A DNA stretch of 64,000 nucleotides. Source: a virus (taxonomy: Duplodnaviria > Heunggongvirae > Uroviricota > Caudoviricetes). The translations under genes were made by a program, and so were the position numbers. The notes under the pieces were generated by a model. It was not told where the DNA came from. It saw nothing but the letters and a program-made list of their open reading frames with translations, and did no database searches. The stretch covers positions 194,432 to 258,431 of the IMG/VR virus record IMGVR_UViG_3300044878_000087; one strand, 5' to 3'. Below, piece by piece: positions 1 to 9,888 of this stretch (position 1 is the first letter of the stretch; each line of letters opens with the position of its first letter).

Positions 1-239
1 TCGATCGCATCCAGCTTCTTTTGAGCATGGACGTAAACCGAGATTAGGTAACGATTTGTTTTACGACCACAAATCCGTTGCAGGCAGCAGGCACACAAAA
101 ACTTAGAAGTCTTTGAGTCGTATGTTACACCACATGCTACAGTTTGGTTAATCAACCGCATCCGTTCATTACGGAGACGACGGACTTGTTTACGTTTACG
201 ATATCGTTTCAAGATACCAGATACTAAGGGTATTTCCAT
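1..239 (-). CDS. hypothetical protein, truncated by window edge (MEIPLVSGILKRYRKRK...)
   Basis: Hand translation: ATG at 239, 4 nt after the ligase stop; frame open to position 1; basic N-terminus. Confidence 0.6.
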   Translation of the reverse strand, partial: MEIPLVSGILKRYRKRKQVRRLRNERMRLINQTVACGVTYDSKTSKFLCACCLQRICGRKTNRYLISVYVHAQKKLDAI

Positions 240-243
240 TTTG

Positions 244-2792
<2,549 letters not shown>

Positions 2793-2816
2793 GTAACCCC
2801 CAAAAGAAAAATAAAG

Positions 2817-2836
2817 AGTGAGCCCGAAGGCTCACT
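2817..2836 (-). terminator. intrinsic terminator with cUUCGg loop
   Basis: AGTGAGCC-TTCG-GGCTCACT followed by CTTTATTTTTCTTTT on minus, just after the dcd stop. Confidence 0.85.
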
Positions 2837-2838
2837 AT

Positions 2839-3465
2839 TCATACACGTGGTAAAACGATCTGCGGCGATTGGTTGTTGTACTTACCTGCGCGGTCAGCGT
2901 AGGAAGTCTCTGGTTCTTCATCCAGCTTTTGGAAGACTAGTTGCAAGCAGCCTTCTTCAGCGTAGAAGATGTTAGGACGGTCAGTCGTGTTCTGGAATTC
3001 CAGAGTGATGTAACCATCCCAACCTGGTTCGATTGGTGTACACAAACAGTTCCATCCTGCGCGAGCGATGGTAGACTTACCGATACACAGTGCCAACACG
3101 TCGCGAGGCATATCGACGTATTCCATACTCCGGGCTAGCAAGAAGCCACCTGGAGGTACTACTACCTGACTACCGAGAACCACATCGAACATGTCTTCTG
3201 TGATCTTCTTGTAGCTCAGTGGGGGAACTGGTTTTGGTTTACCCGTGAAGAGTTGCTTCAAGCGTTCCCAGAGGGAGTACTTGATAGGCTTGAAGATCAT
3301 GAACTCTGGTGCGGCTCGGATGTCGTACCCGCCCGTGGATAACCCGTAGCTCGCCACACGCTCGCCCTTCAGTTCTTTTACTGAACGACCATAGAAAGGT
3401 TGGATCATTGGCTTCTTTAGATCGGTAGCCAACCGCCGAATTGTTTTGTCGGAAAGAACTGACAT
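2839..3465 (-). CDS. dcd: dCTP deaminase
   Basis: SYGLSTGGYDIR, GKSTIARAG, PIEPGWDGYITLE, GCLQLVF, YADRAGKYNNQ motifs. Confidence 0.95.
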   Translation of the reverse strand: MSVLSDKTIRRLATDLKKPMIQPFYGRSVKELKGERVASYGLSTGGYDIRAAPEFMIFKPIKYSLWERLKQLFTGKPKPVPPLSYKKITEDMFDVVLGSQVVVPPGGFLLARSMEYVDMPRDVLALCIGKSTIARAGWNCLCTPIEPGWDGYITLEFQNTTDRPNIFYAEEGCLQLVFQKLDEEPETSYADRAGKYNNQSPQIVLPRV

Positions 3466-3500
3466 TGGAAAACTCCTGATTAGACATTACATTGGCATCA

Positions 3501-4136
3501 TCAGTACTTTCTGTCAGTGCCTTGGGAGTTATGAAACATATGCCGTGTCTCTTTGTTAAAGAACGGATACGCTTGTGCAAAGCGATCAAATCTTGGGTCG
3601 ATAGGGAGTGGGATGACGATCCAGTCATAAGCGTCGGATAGTCTCTTATTCCATTCAGCATTCCATTTCTCCATTCGTTTGTCGAAGTATTCCCAGAACT
3701 TAACTTCAGTTTTAGTCATACCCCAAGTGCAACGATACGTCTCTTTACCGTAAGGCCATATCTCCATGCACAGATTACTGGCGAAGATCGGATTGCGATA
3801 AACAGCCATGGTGTGGATACGGGAGTTCTGCGAGACCTTGTGCATATCACGAATCGTTCGTCTTAGCAATGACTGTGTGGCAGCTTGATCAGTATAACCC
3901 ATCCACATGTGTCGAGCACGCATCAGTTCGATATCATGCGGAGTCTTCTTTAGATCCCAACTACCGAATGCACCCATCCGGCTATTCTGGGTAATTGCTA
4001 AGCGCAGCTTTTCAGACTCGGGATCAATGCAATAATGTCCATCTTCACCACGGACATAACGGCCATTACCTACTTTAAGCAGCAATGGCTCGGTGAGTAA
4101 CCGACGTACTGCATTGTTCGAATTCGGTACATCCAT
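3501..4136 (-). CDS. hypothetical protein
   Basis: 211-aa ORF within a tightly packed minus-strand run. Confidence 0.75.
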   Translation of the reverse strand: MDVPNSNNAVRRLLTEPLLLKVGNGRYVRGEDGHYCIDPESEKLRLAITQNSRMGAFGSWDLKKTPHDIELMRARHMWMGYTDQAATQSLLRRTIRDMHKVSQNSRIHTMAVYRNPIFASNLCMEIWPYGKETYRCTWGMTKTEVKFWEYFDKRMEKWNAEWNKRLSDAYDWIVIPLPIDPRFDRFAQAYPFFNKETRHMFHNSQGTDRKY

Positions 4137-4290
4137 TTACAGGCTCCAGCGGTTTGATTGTAGTGCAACGACGCCATCCGGGTATCTCGGACATAAGCTG
4201 GCTTGGAGCCAGCTCAATATGACGTGCGGAGCGTTTACGGTCGGTCCGATGCAAACTGGCATAGAGCCGACGGAAACCCCTTTTCATCAT
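4075..4290 (-). CDS. small basic hypothetical protein
   Basis: GAGGT RBS before ATG; fills the gap between neighbours but overlaps the downstream ORF by 62 nt. Confidence 0.45.
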   Translation of the reverse strand: MMKRGFRRLYASLHRTDRKRSARHIELAPSQLMSEIPGWRRCTTIKPLEPVNGCTEFEQCSTSVTHRAIAA

Positions 4291-4298
4291 GTCCTACC

Positions 4299-4820
4299 TC
4301 AGTCGGAGAAGACACTACTAACGGCATCACTAACGCTGTCGCCCCAATTGGAGCTACTGTCGTTACCCCAACTCGAGCTACGATTGTCATCGAAGTTCGT
4401 CGAAGGAGGAGTATAAGCTGGCTCAGGCTTAGACATCACAGCATCTTGCACTACGTCCAATACTGCATCCACAGCTACTGTTGTCAGGATGGTATCCAGC
4501 AACGAGTTGTCGTTGCGACTGTGACGATAGTAATCCGAGTTTACCTCAGATTCACCATACGTACGGACCGGGGTTGAACGCATCAGATCAACACGAACAT
4601 CTGCACGTGGTGGAGTCGAGTTCGCCAAAGCACGGTAAGCTTGGCTGCTCAATTCCGATTCACCAGCAGATCGGTTTGGCACAGGGCGGTTGTTTACTGC
4701 AGACGACTGACGGCTTACTGAAGAACGCGTTTCAGTAAAACCTTTATCTACAGTTGGGGAAACAGGCTTTTGCTTTGGTTTGAAACCGAACCAGCTTTTG
4801 ATACGTTGCCACAGAGTCAT
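4299..4820 (-). CDS. hypothetical protein with N-terminal amphipathic helix and Ser/Asp-rich tail
   Basis: MTLWQRIKSWFGFKPK start; low-complexity SSSWGNDSSSNWGDS C-terminus. Confidence 0.8.
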   Translation of the reverse strand: MTLWQRIKSWFGFKPKQKPVSPTVDKGFTETRSSVSRQSSAVNNRPVPNRSAGESELSSQAYRALANSTPPRADVRVDLMRSTPVRTYGESEVNSDYYRHSRNDNSLLDTILTTVAVDAVLDVVQDAVMSKPEPAYTPPSTNFDDNRSSSWGNDSSSNWGDSVSDAVSSVFSD

Positions 4821-5479
4821 TCTTCGAATTCCTTTAAACGGGGGTCATCTGGTTTATGTATTTGGTGCCAATCAATCTCGGCATAGGGGTAATCGAGTTC
4901 ATGCTCAGCCAGCCATGCTTCGATCTCTTCTACAACACTTGCTTCGTACAGATTTTTGATGATCGGTACATTTGCCGCTTTTGCTAATTGCAGGGCAGTA
5001 TTAGTGCCGCCTTCACACTTGGTCTTACCTTTAGGCTTGGCGTAGTAATACATCGCACTAACCAAAGATACCAAGTCTGCTCCATGAATCTGATACACAT
5101 TGCGGGTATGTAACAACACCCCACCAGGTGACAGGCCATAGAACCCACCACGAGCAATCGCTGCCATGCTGAGAGAGGTTGCCATAGTAGTTGAATCAAA
5201 CAGTGATGCATCGTAGTAAAATGGATTATCTTTAACCCATCTACCATTGGTCCCATCTTTGTGAAGATAGACCCTCGCGCCAATCTCTTGGTATCGCCTC
5301 GACTGCGCAGCGCCATAAAGGAACGCACGGTCTGAATCCCATGCGTCCCCTGATGACCATTGATACCCTAGATCCGTATAGGTGCGACCCAATCGGATCA
5401 TGAGCTCTAATGCCCACTCTGGAACTGTGCGTGAACCGACTCCCGCGATAATGCCTTTAGGCACCACGGAACAGATCAC
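4817..5479 (-). CDS. SLOG/DprA-like Rossmann-fold protein
   Basis: IIAGVGSR, SSGDAWDSDRAF, RNVYQIHG and GGTNTALQLA match the SLOG/DprA signature from recall. Confidence 0.7.
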   Translation of the reverse strand: MICSVVPKGIIAGVGSRTVPEWALELMIRLGRTYTDLGYQWSSGDAWDSDRAFLYGAAQSRRYQEIGARVYLHKDGTNGRWVKDNPFYYDASLFDSTTMATSLSMAAIARGGFYGLSPGGVLLHTRNVYQIHGADLVSLVSAMYYYAKPKGKTKCEGGTNTALQLAKAANVPIIKNLYEASVVEEIEAWLAEHELDYPYAEIDWHQIHKPDDPRLKEFEE

Positions 5480-5843
5480 GAGTCATCTCACGTTCACGGT
5501 CTACTGTAGAGAAACCGTAAGCGATAATCAGACCCTGGATGAAACCCAACCAACGATGTTTCTTCGTGATGGATTGTTCCAGATTAGTTTCGATCTCTTC
5601 AAGCATCCACTTGAGATGCCCTACCGAGGTCTTATCGCCAAACCGGTTTTCATTCCAATCACGACCTTGATCCACTTGGAGCATTGCCAGATAACGACGT
5701 GTAACTTCCAGTATTACTAGATACCGCACGTTGTCTACGGGATCGTAAGTAGCCTTGGCTTTCGCTCTTAGCTGCTGACGTTCCACTTCACGCTTTGCAC
5801 GTCTCGGATCAACCGAGTCCATAAATTCAGGTAGGGATGTCAC
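5457..5843 (-). CDS. hypothetical protein
   Basis: 128-aa ORF overlapping both neighbours; K.HRWLGFIQG motif recalled from other phage proteins. Confidence 0.75.
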   Translation of the reverse strand: MTSLPEFMDSVDPRRAKREVERQQLRAKAKATYDPVDNVRYLVILEVTRRYLAMLQVDQGRDWNENRFGDKTSVGHLKWMLEEIETNLEQSITKKHRWLGFIQGLIIAYGFSTVDREREMTRDLFRGA

Positions 5844-6322
5844 GGGAAGAACAGACTCACTTGAGTCGACTCTAGATCAACAGCAGAGATAGTAACATTT
5901 ACCCAACCGACATCAACATAACGTTGCTTGACGATATCGGTAACCCGGCCATTCAACACAACCGGAACAGTCACACTCAAACTACTACCCTGAGCCGATG
6001 GTTTAGGGATCGCATTAATCAAAGCGGATTCGATTAACAGGATTGCTTTTGTTGCAGCTTGGTGGGTGTAACGATCCATGAAGATTTCAGGGGTCACTAC
6101 CTCCGGGAGTTCTTGGCTGCCAGCACCGTGTGGTTCAGGATCGCAACCAGAACGGAATGACAGATCCTCGAGACTTTCGTCTACCGCTTCTTTCAGACCA
6201 TCTGTAAATGCTTTAACAACTCCACCTGGTGTCCAGTTACCTGGGGCACAATGTAGGTTATGTAGATCTGGGCTCATCTTAATACTCCATGAATAATGGA
6301 GGGGCACGGATGTACCCCTCAC
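5840..6322 (-). CDS. hypothetical protein
   Basis: 160-aa ORF; true start may be internal. Confidence 0.7.
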   Translation of the reverse strand: MRGTSVPLHYSWSIKMSPDLHNLHCAPGNWTPGGVVKAFTDGLKEAVDESLEDLSFRSGCDPEPHGAGSQELPEVVTPEIFMDRYTHQAATKAILLIESALINAIPKPSAQGSSLSVTVPVVLNGRVTDIVKQRYVDVGWVNVTISAVDLESTQVSLFFP

Positions 6323-6341
6323 ACTATTACTCGGTAAGTAT

Positions 6342-7139
6342 TTACGAACGCATATCAGCTACACGATCCTGCTGTACGAGCAGGCGTGTTTGTTGTACTA
6401 CAGTCAAAGGAACATCGGGGGTCATCGACGCAGAGTGAACCGAAATCCGGTCTACCATGCGGATGGTGCCAGCCAACTTATCTTGGCTAGCCTCGCTCAG
6501 CTCCAAAGGCTTTACGGCATGTGGATAGATCAGCGAAAGTTCTTCGCATAATGCACGATGATGATCGGAATTGTAGCTACCGTCCTCACCCATCCACACT
6601 GGACGCTTTGCTTCTACTTCTTCAGGAGTCGGCAACCAATCCAACCGAGCCAAGGCTCTCAGTTGCTCGTCCTTTTCTACATCCAACTCTTCTGGAATGG
6701 ACAGAATGAGATCTGGATCTGGACGACCGAATTCCGCAATCGGAATATAGTCTTCCATGTGTTGACCATCTTTGCAATCAGTACGTTTTGAGATACTGAA
6801 TCCATTCTTTTCCGCGAGTAACTCATAGACTTCCAAATGTTGCTCTACCACTTCGAACCCTTCACCTACCCCATAGTCACGGCCAGAAAAGAAAGGTTGT
6901 GGCGAACCTTCAATCCAACCAACGTGACCAACGATGAATTGCCCGGTCTTGCTCACCTTCGCATAAGAAGTATCGTTGATTACAAACCGATCATTTTCAA
7001 AGCGAATTTTCCCATAGAGAAACATTGTGCCCAATCGTTGGGCTTCTTCAACAGTCACACGATCAAAGAACAACTCTCCGGTTGCCTTGCGAATCACAGT
7101 GGCCGTGTGCAGTTGAAGACTATCCAGCTTGGAAATCAT
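6342..7139 (-). CDS. hypothetical protein
   Basis: 265-aa ORF with upstream GGGG RBS-like sequence. Confidence 0.75.
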   Translation of the reverse strand: MISKLDSLQLHTATVIRKATGELFFDRVTVEEAQRLGTMFLYGKIRFENDRFVINDTSYAKVSKTGQFIVGHVGWIEGSPQPFFSGRDYGVGEGFEVVEQHLEVYELLAEKNGFSISKRTDCKDGQHMEDYIPIAEFGRPDPDLILSIPEELDVEKDEQLRALARLDWLPTPEEVEAKRPVWMGEDGSYNSDHHRALCEELSLIYPHAVKPLELSEASQDKLAGTIRMVDRISVHSASMTPDVPLTVVQQTRLLVQQDRVADMRS

Positions 7140-7180
7140 GAATACCCCTAAGTTGTCATGTTCGCCGACGTCCCTAGACG

Positions 7181-7351
7181 TTAGCAGTTGAGTGTTTTTA
7201 TTTCTTTATAAATCAACTGGCGCTCTTGTGCCCGTTCAATCCGATGGCATTTGGTCTTCGTCCATTTATTCGAAGGCCAGAAGCGCATTGGGCGCGGAGT
7301 CCAGAGATCTTTCTGATCGCGGAAATAGCAAGTACGGTACGACTTTGACAT
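7181..7351 (-). CDS. small basic protein (MSKSYRTCYFRDQKDLW..., 56 aa)
   Basis: Hand translation; GGAGGGT RBS; below the apparent ORF-track cutoff. Confidence 0.65.
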   Translation of the reverse strand: MSKSYRTCYFRDQKDLWTPRPMRFWPSNKWTKTKCHRIERAQERQLIYKEIKTLNC

Positions 7352-7412
7352 GATTTACCCTCCAAGGGTTAACAGTATAAAATCGTATCCACACTTGTTC
7401 ATATACCGGCAT
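7266..7412 (-). CDS. possible 48-aa upstream ORF (MPVYEQVWIRFY...)
   Basis: AAGGAG RBS; overlaps 7181-7351 out of frame. Confidence 0.35.
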   Translation of the reverse strand: MPVYEQVWIRFYTVNPWRVNHVKVVPYLLFPRSERSLDSAPNALLAFE

Positions 7413-7465
7413 ATGCAACTCCTTATTTTTATTTTACATTGTAGGGTTATTCACCCCGTCTATAT

Positions 7466-7927
7466 CTAAATCAGCTCAAGTTTTATTTTGTCAAGCTGAC
7501 GATGCAGATCCATTTTTTCTTTAGTGCGTATCCATTTAGTTTCAAACAGATTCGTACTGTGGGTGATACGGAACGTGTGATCATCCAGTTCATCGAGGTG
7601 ATAAAATGGAGCGATATTGATCGGAGTCAATACCGTGTATCGAGTGATGATCAATGGACGACCATCATCGAGAATAAAGTGTGGGCGATACGCCTGCTGT
7701 GTATCATCACGAGTGATAGTGATCTCACCATTGACAGGTTCGGAATCAAACAGCATTCCTTCGGTGTGCAACATTATCCACCGACCACCTTTCTGTTCCA
7801 AGTGGCAGAACTTCTTAGCCCCTGGTTCCAGTTGGATCGATTTGAAGATCACGTCTTCACAAACAATGTCAGCCTGCTCAGTTGCAAAGGTCACTCGCAA
7901 TTTTACTGGTGGTGCTTTCTTAGCCAT
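7466..7927 (-). CDS. hypothetical protein
   Basis: 153-aa ORF with GGAG RBS. Confidence 0.8.
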   Translation of the reverse strand: MAKKAPPVKLRVTFATEQADIVCEDVIFKSIQLEPGAKKFCHLEQKGGRWIMLHTEGMLFDSEPVNGEITITRDDTQQAYRPHFILDDGRPLIITRYTVLTPINIAPFYHLDELDDHTFRITHSTNLFETKWIRTKEKMDLHRQLDKIKLELI

Positions 7928-7935
7928 GCTACTCC

Positions 7936-8379
7936 CTAATAAAGATGCTCCGAGAACAAGATCGTTTTAGACCGACCTTCTTCTAATAGTGGACGTCCTT
8001 GCTGAATGCAAAGATCATAAGCTTCACGTCTACCCCAATACCGACCATACTGGTCAATGAATCCTTGTTCTTCTTTCTCAGGCCCGCCTGCATAAGCATG
8101 CAATGCATCCATACCTACGAGTTCGATCGTCATGATCATGGGCACTGAGAGATGACGGCTACCGGTAACAATGAAATCACCGTACTTGTTAGCAGCGCAG
8201 ACAATGTAAGGCTCAACGCAGAACTTGTCCCACCGCCAACCTGTAAAGCCATCGGAATCATTTTCAATCCACACTCGTTCCATGAACAGTTCATTCGCAC
8301 GAGCCGCAGCTTGAGCAACAATCTGCACACGGGTTTCTAACGGGATGGTTTGGATAACCTTGGTGTTATCATCCGACAA
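7936..8379 (-). CDS. conserved phage hypothetical protein
   Basis: CAAN...TGSRH...EQGFIDQYG..R.EA pattern recalled from many phages. Confidence 0.8.
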   Translation of the reverse strand: MSDDNTKVIQTIPLETRVQIVAQAAARANELFMERVWIENDSDGFTGWRWDKFCVEPYIVCAANKYGDFIVTGSRHLSVPMIMTIELVGMDALHAYAGGPEKEEQGFIDQYGRYWGRREAYDLCIQQGRPLLEEGRSKTILFSEHLY

Positions 8380-8863
8380 GACGTGCGTACCCTGGGATGA
8401 TCGTGAAGATAGTAAACACGTTACCTTCCATACCTTGCTTTTGTACGGCAGGCATGTAGTGGCCAGCTTCCTGAGTCTTTTGATACAGGGCCAGTAGTTG
8501 GTCAGGAGGAATCACACCATCCAATGAAATCTGGATAGCTGTCATTTGCTCTTGAACCTGGAAGTTCGGATCACTGACCAAACCAACCACGCGTTGGCGC
8601 GAACCAGTGATCTCTTTTACCGCTTGAAGCTTACAGAACGTAGCTTCATCAGTGAAAGCTTTGAACACATCGGTATACGTCAGCAGATCGATCGATTGCA
8701 GAACGAAGAATTCTTTTGGCCAATCCTGGTATGTTTCACCTGGGGTTGCATCAGTGCCGAAGTTAACACGAGCGGTGATCTCAGCTGGCTTGATTTGCAT
8801 GCGCTTTTGTGCGGCTTGTTCCACCATCGCGAGTTGCGAAGGGTGTATCGGGTTATGGGACAT
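8369..8863 (-). CDS. hypothetical early protein (start reassigned to MSHNPI)
   Basis: GGAG RBS before ATG 8863; the early promoter at 8890 lies inside the longer ORF-track call. Confidence 0.75.
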   Translation of the reverse strand: MSHNPIHPSQLAMVEQAAQKRMQIKPAEITARVNFGTDATPGETYQDWPKEFFVLQSIDLLTYTDVFKAFTDEATFCKLQAVKEITGSRQRVVGLVSDPNFQVQEQMTAIQISLDGVIPPDQLLALYQKTQEAGHYMPAVQKQGMEGNVFTIFTIIPGYARLVG

Positions 8864-8889
8864 AAAAACTCCAGTTGGAATGCAGAGCA

Positions 8890-8897
8890 GTAATATA
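8890..8897 (-). promoter_or_regulatory. phiKZ-type early promoter (TATATTAC)
   Basis: Minus strand reads AAATCTCAAATCTATATTAC, upstream of ATG 8863. Confidence 0.8.
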
Positions 8898-8925
8898 GAT
8901 TTGAGATTTGTTAGAAACGACATAA

Positions 8926-8945
8926 TGGTTACCCGCAGGTAACCA
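8926..8945 (-). terminator. terminator hairpin with cUGCGg loop
   Basis: TGGTTACC-TGCG-GGTAACCA followed by TTATGTCGTTT on minus. Confidence 0.7.
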
Positions 8946-8962
8946 ATAGAGGTCAGGCTCTA

Positions 8963-9103
8963 ATAGACAAGGACGTAGTTAGGCTTCCGTAGCTTCGCAG
9001 CTATGGTTTGGTGAAACACCTGGTTGGGCTTAACGACTGGATCACCTCCTCGTGGTCTGCACTCAGTGCGGGACCTTGTCTATACTATTACACATCGCCA
9101 GTC
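8963..9103 (+). ncRNA. candidate structured non-coding RNA of unrecognised family
   Basis: 10-bp closing helix 8963-8972/9074-9083 enclosing five further helices whose non-Watson-Crick pairs are G-U on plus; possible pseudoknot 9035-9040/9098-9103; no convincing ORF. Confidence 0.55.
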
Positions 9104-9108
9104 ATTAA

Positions 9109-9780
9109 TTATTTAAACTGCCAGGTAGTGAATCGAGGAAGTTTACTTCTTATGCGATTAAGTACTGTTTGCTTACTTTCACCCAGAGCTGTCGCCGCAA
9201 TTGTTGAACCGGCATATTCTACTCCATTTATTATAACTGGAATCATTTTACTTTTAGCAACAGCTAGATTTCTCTCTAGTGTAAATACTCTACCAGTGGC
9301 CGCCGCACTCATTTTTCTTTTTGTTTCTAAAGAAGCTTTGCTACCACTTCGCCTTTGTCGGATGGCTTCAATTCTTTCTGGCGATAAACTTCTATCCATA
9401 GTAGAAAATGTAGCCTTCATTTTAGCTATTGTCTCAGCTGGTAATTTTCGACCTTTCATTTTTCGTCTTTTCTTCTCTTTATTTTCATCGGTCAAGGGTT
9501 TACCAGAATAAATAAAGTTACAGAGAAGAGTGTTGTCTTTATGCTTTACTATTTCCTTCTTTTCCATGTCATAAGCCATCTTCCTATCCAACATAGGGAC
9601 ATAGCTACAGTCTACAAATGGATATTCGTTATATGCATTTTGTAAAAGTACTGATGGGTGGGCATTACGATTAAGTAATGCAAGATGCATCCCTAATCTT
9701 TTTCTTACATTATTACTACTACCAATATAAAAATGTCCACTCTTTTTATTAGTGATTGTGTATATACCAAAACTATTCAT
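9109..9780 (-). mobile_element. free-standing GIY-YIG homing endonuclease (NUMOD3 repeats plus C-terminal HTH)
   Basis: GIYTITN...FYIGSS..R...H, conserved E and N; KGRKLPAETIAKM repeats; visibly AT-richer than flanks. Confidence 0.9.
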
Positions 9781-9809
9781 TTTTTTTTATTTCCTTTGCA
9801 AGTATTATA

Positions 9810-9817
9810 GTAATGTA
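9810..9817 (-). promoter_or_regulatory. early promoter variant (TACATTAC)
   Basis: AAAATATCTTAGCTCTACATTAC, 30 nt upstream of the endonuclease start. Confidence 0.6.
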
Positions 9818-9888
9818 GAGCTAAGATATTTTACGTTAATATCGAAAGGCTAATCTTATGACTTTTAATAAAGAACAAGGGCTCAACC

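Noticed and set aside
8890-8898. TATATTAC resembling hairpin-ribozyme loop B (GUAUAUUAC)
   Set aside because: All copies lie just upstream of gene starts on one strand, matching the known phiKZ early promoter; no other hairpin-ribozyme elements are present
9035-9103. Canonical HDV-like (theta) ribozyme
   Set aside because: P3-L3 matches, but P3 is not directly followed by a P1 strand and GG (P1.1), and no P4 or catalytic J4/2 is evident; kept only as an unclassified RNA candidate
8963-9108. Group I intron containing the GIY-YIG gene (P7-like GACTG/CAGTC pairing, AACGACT resembling the T4 td intron)
   Set aside because: No interrupted host gene is visible, and the other side of the ORF (9781-9888) is a short AT-rich promoter spacer with no room for P1-P6
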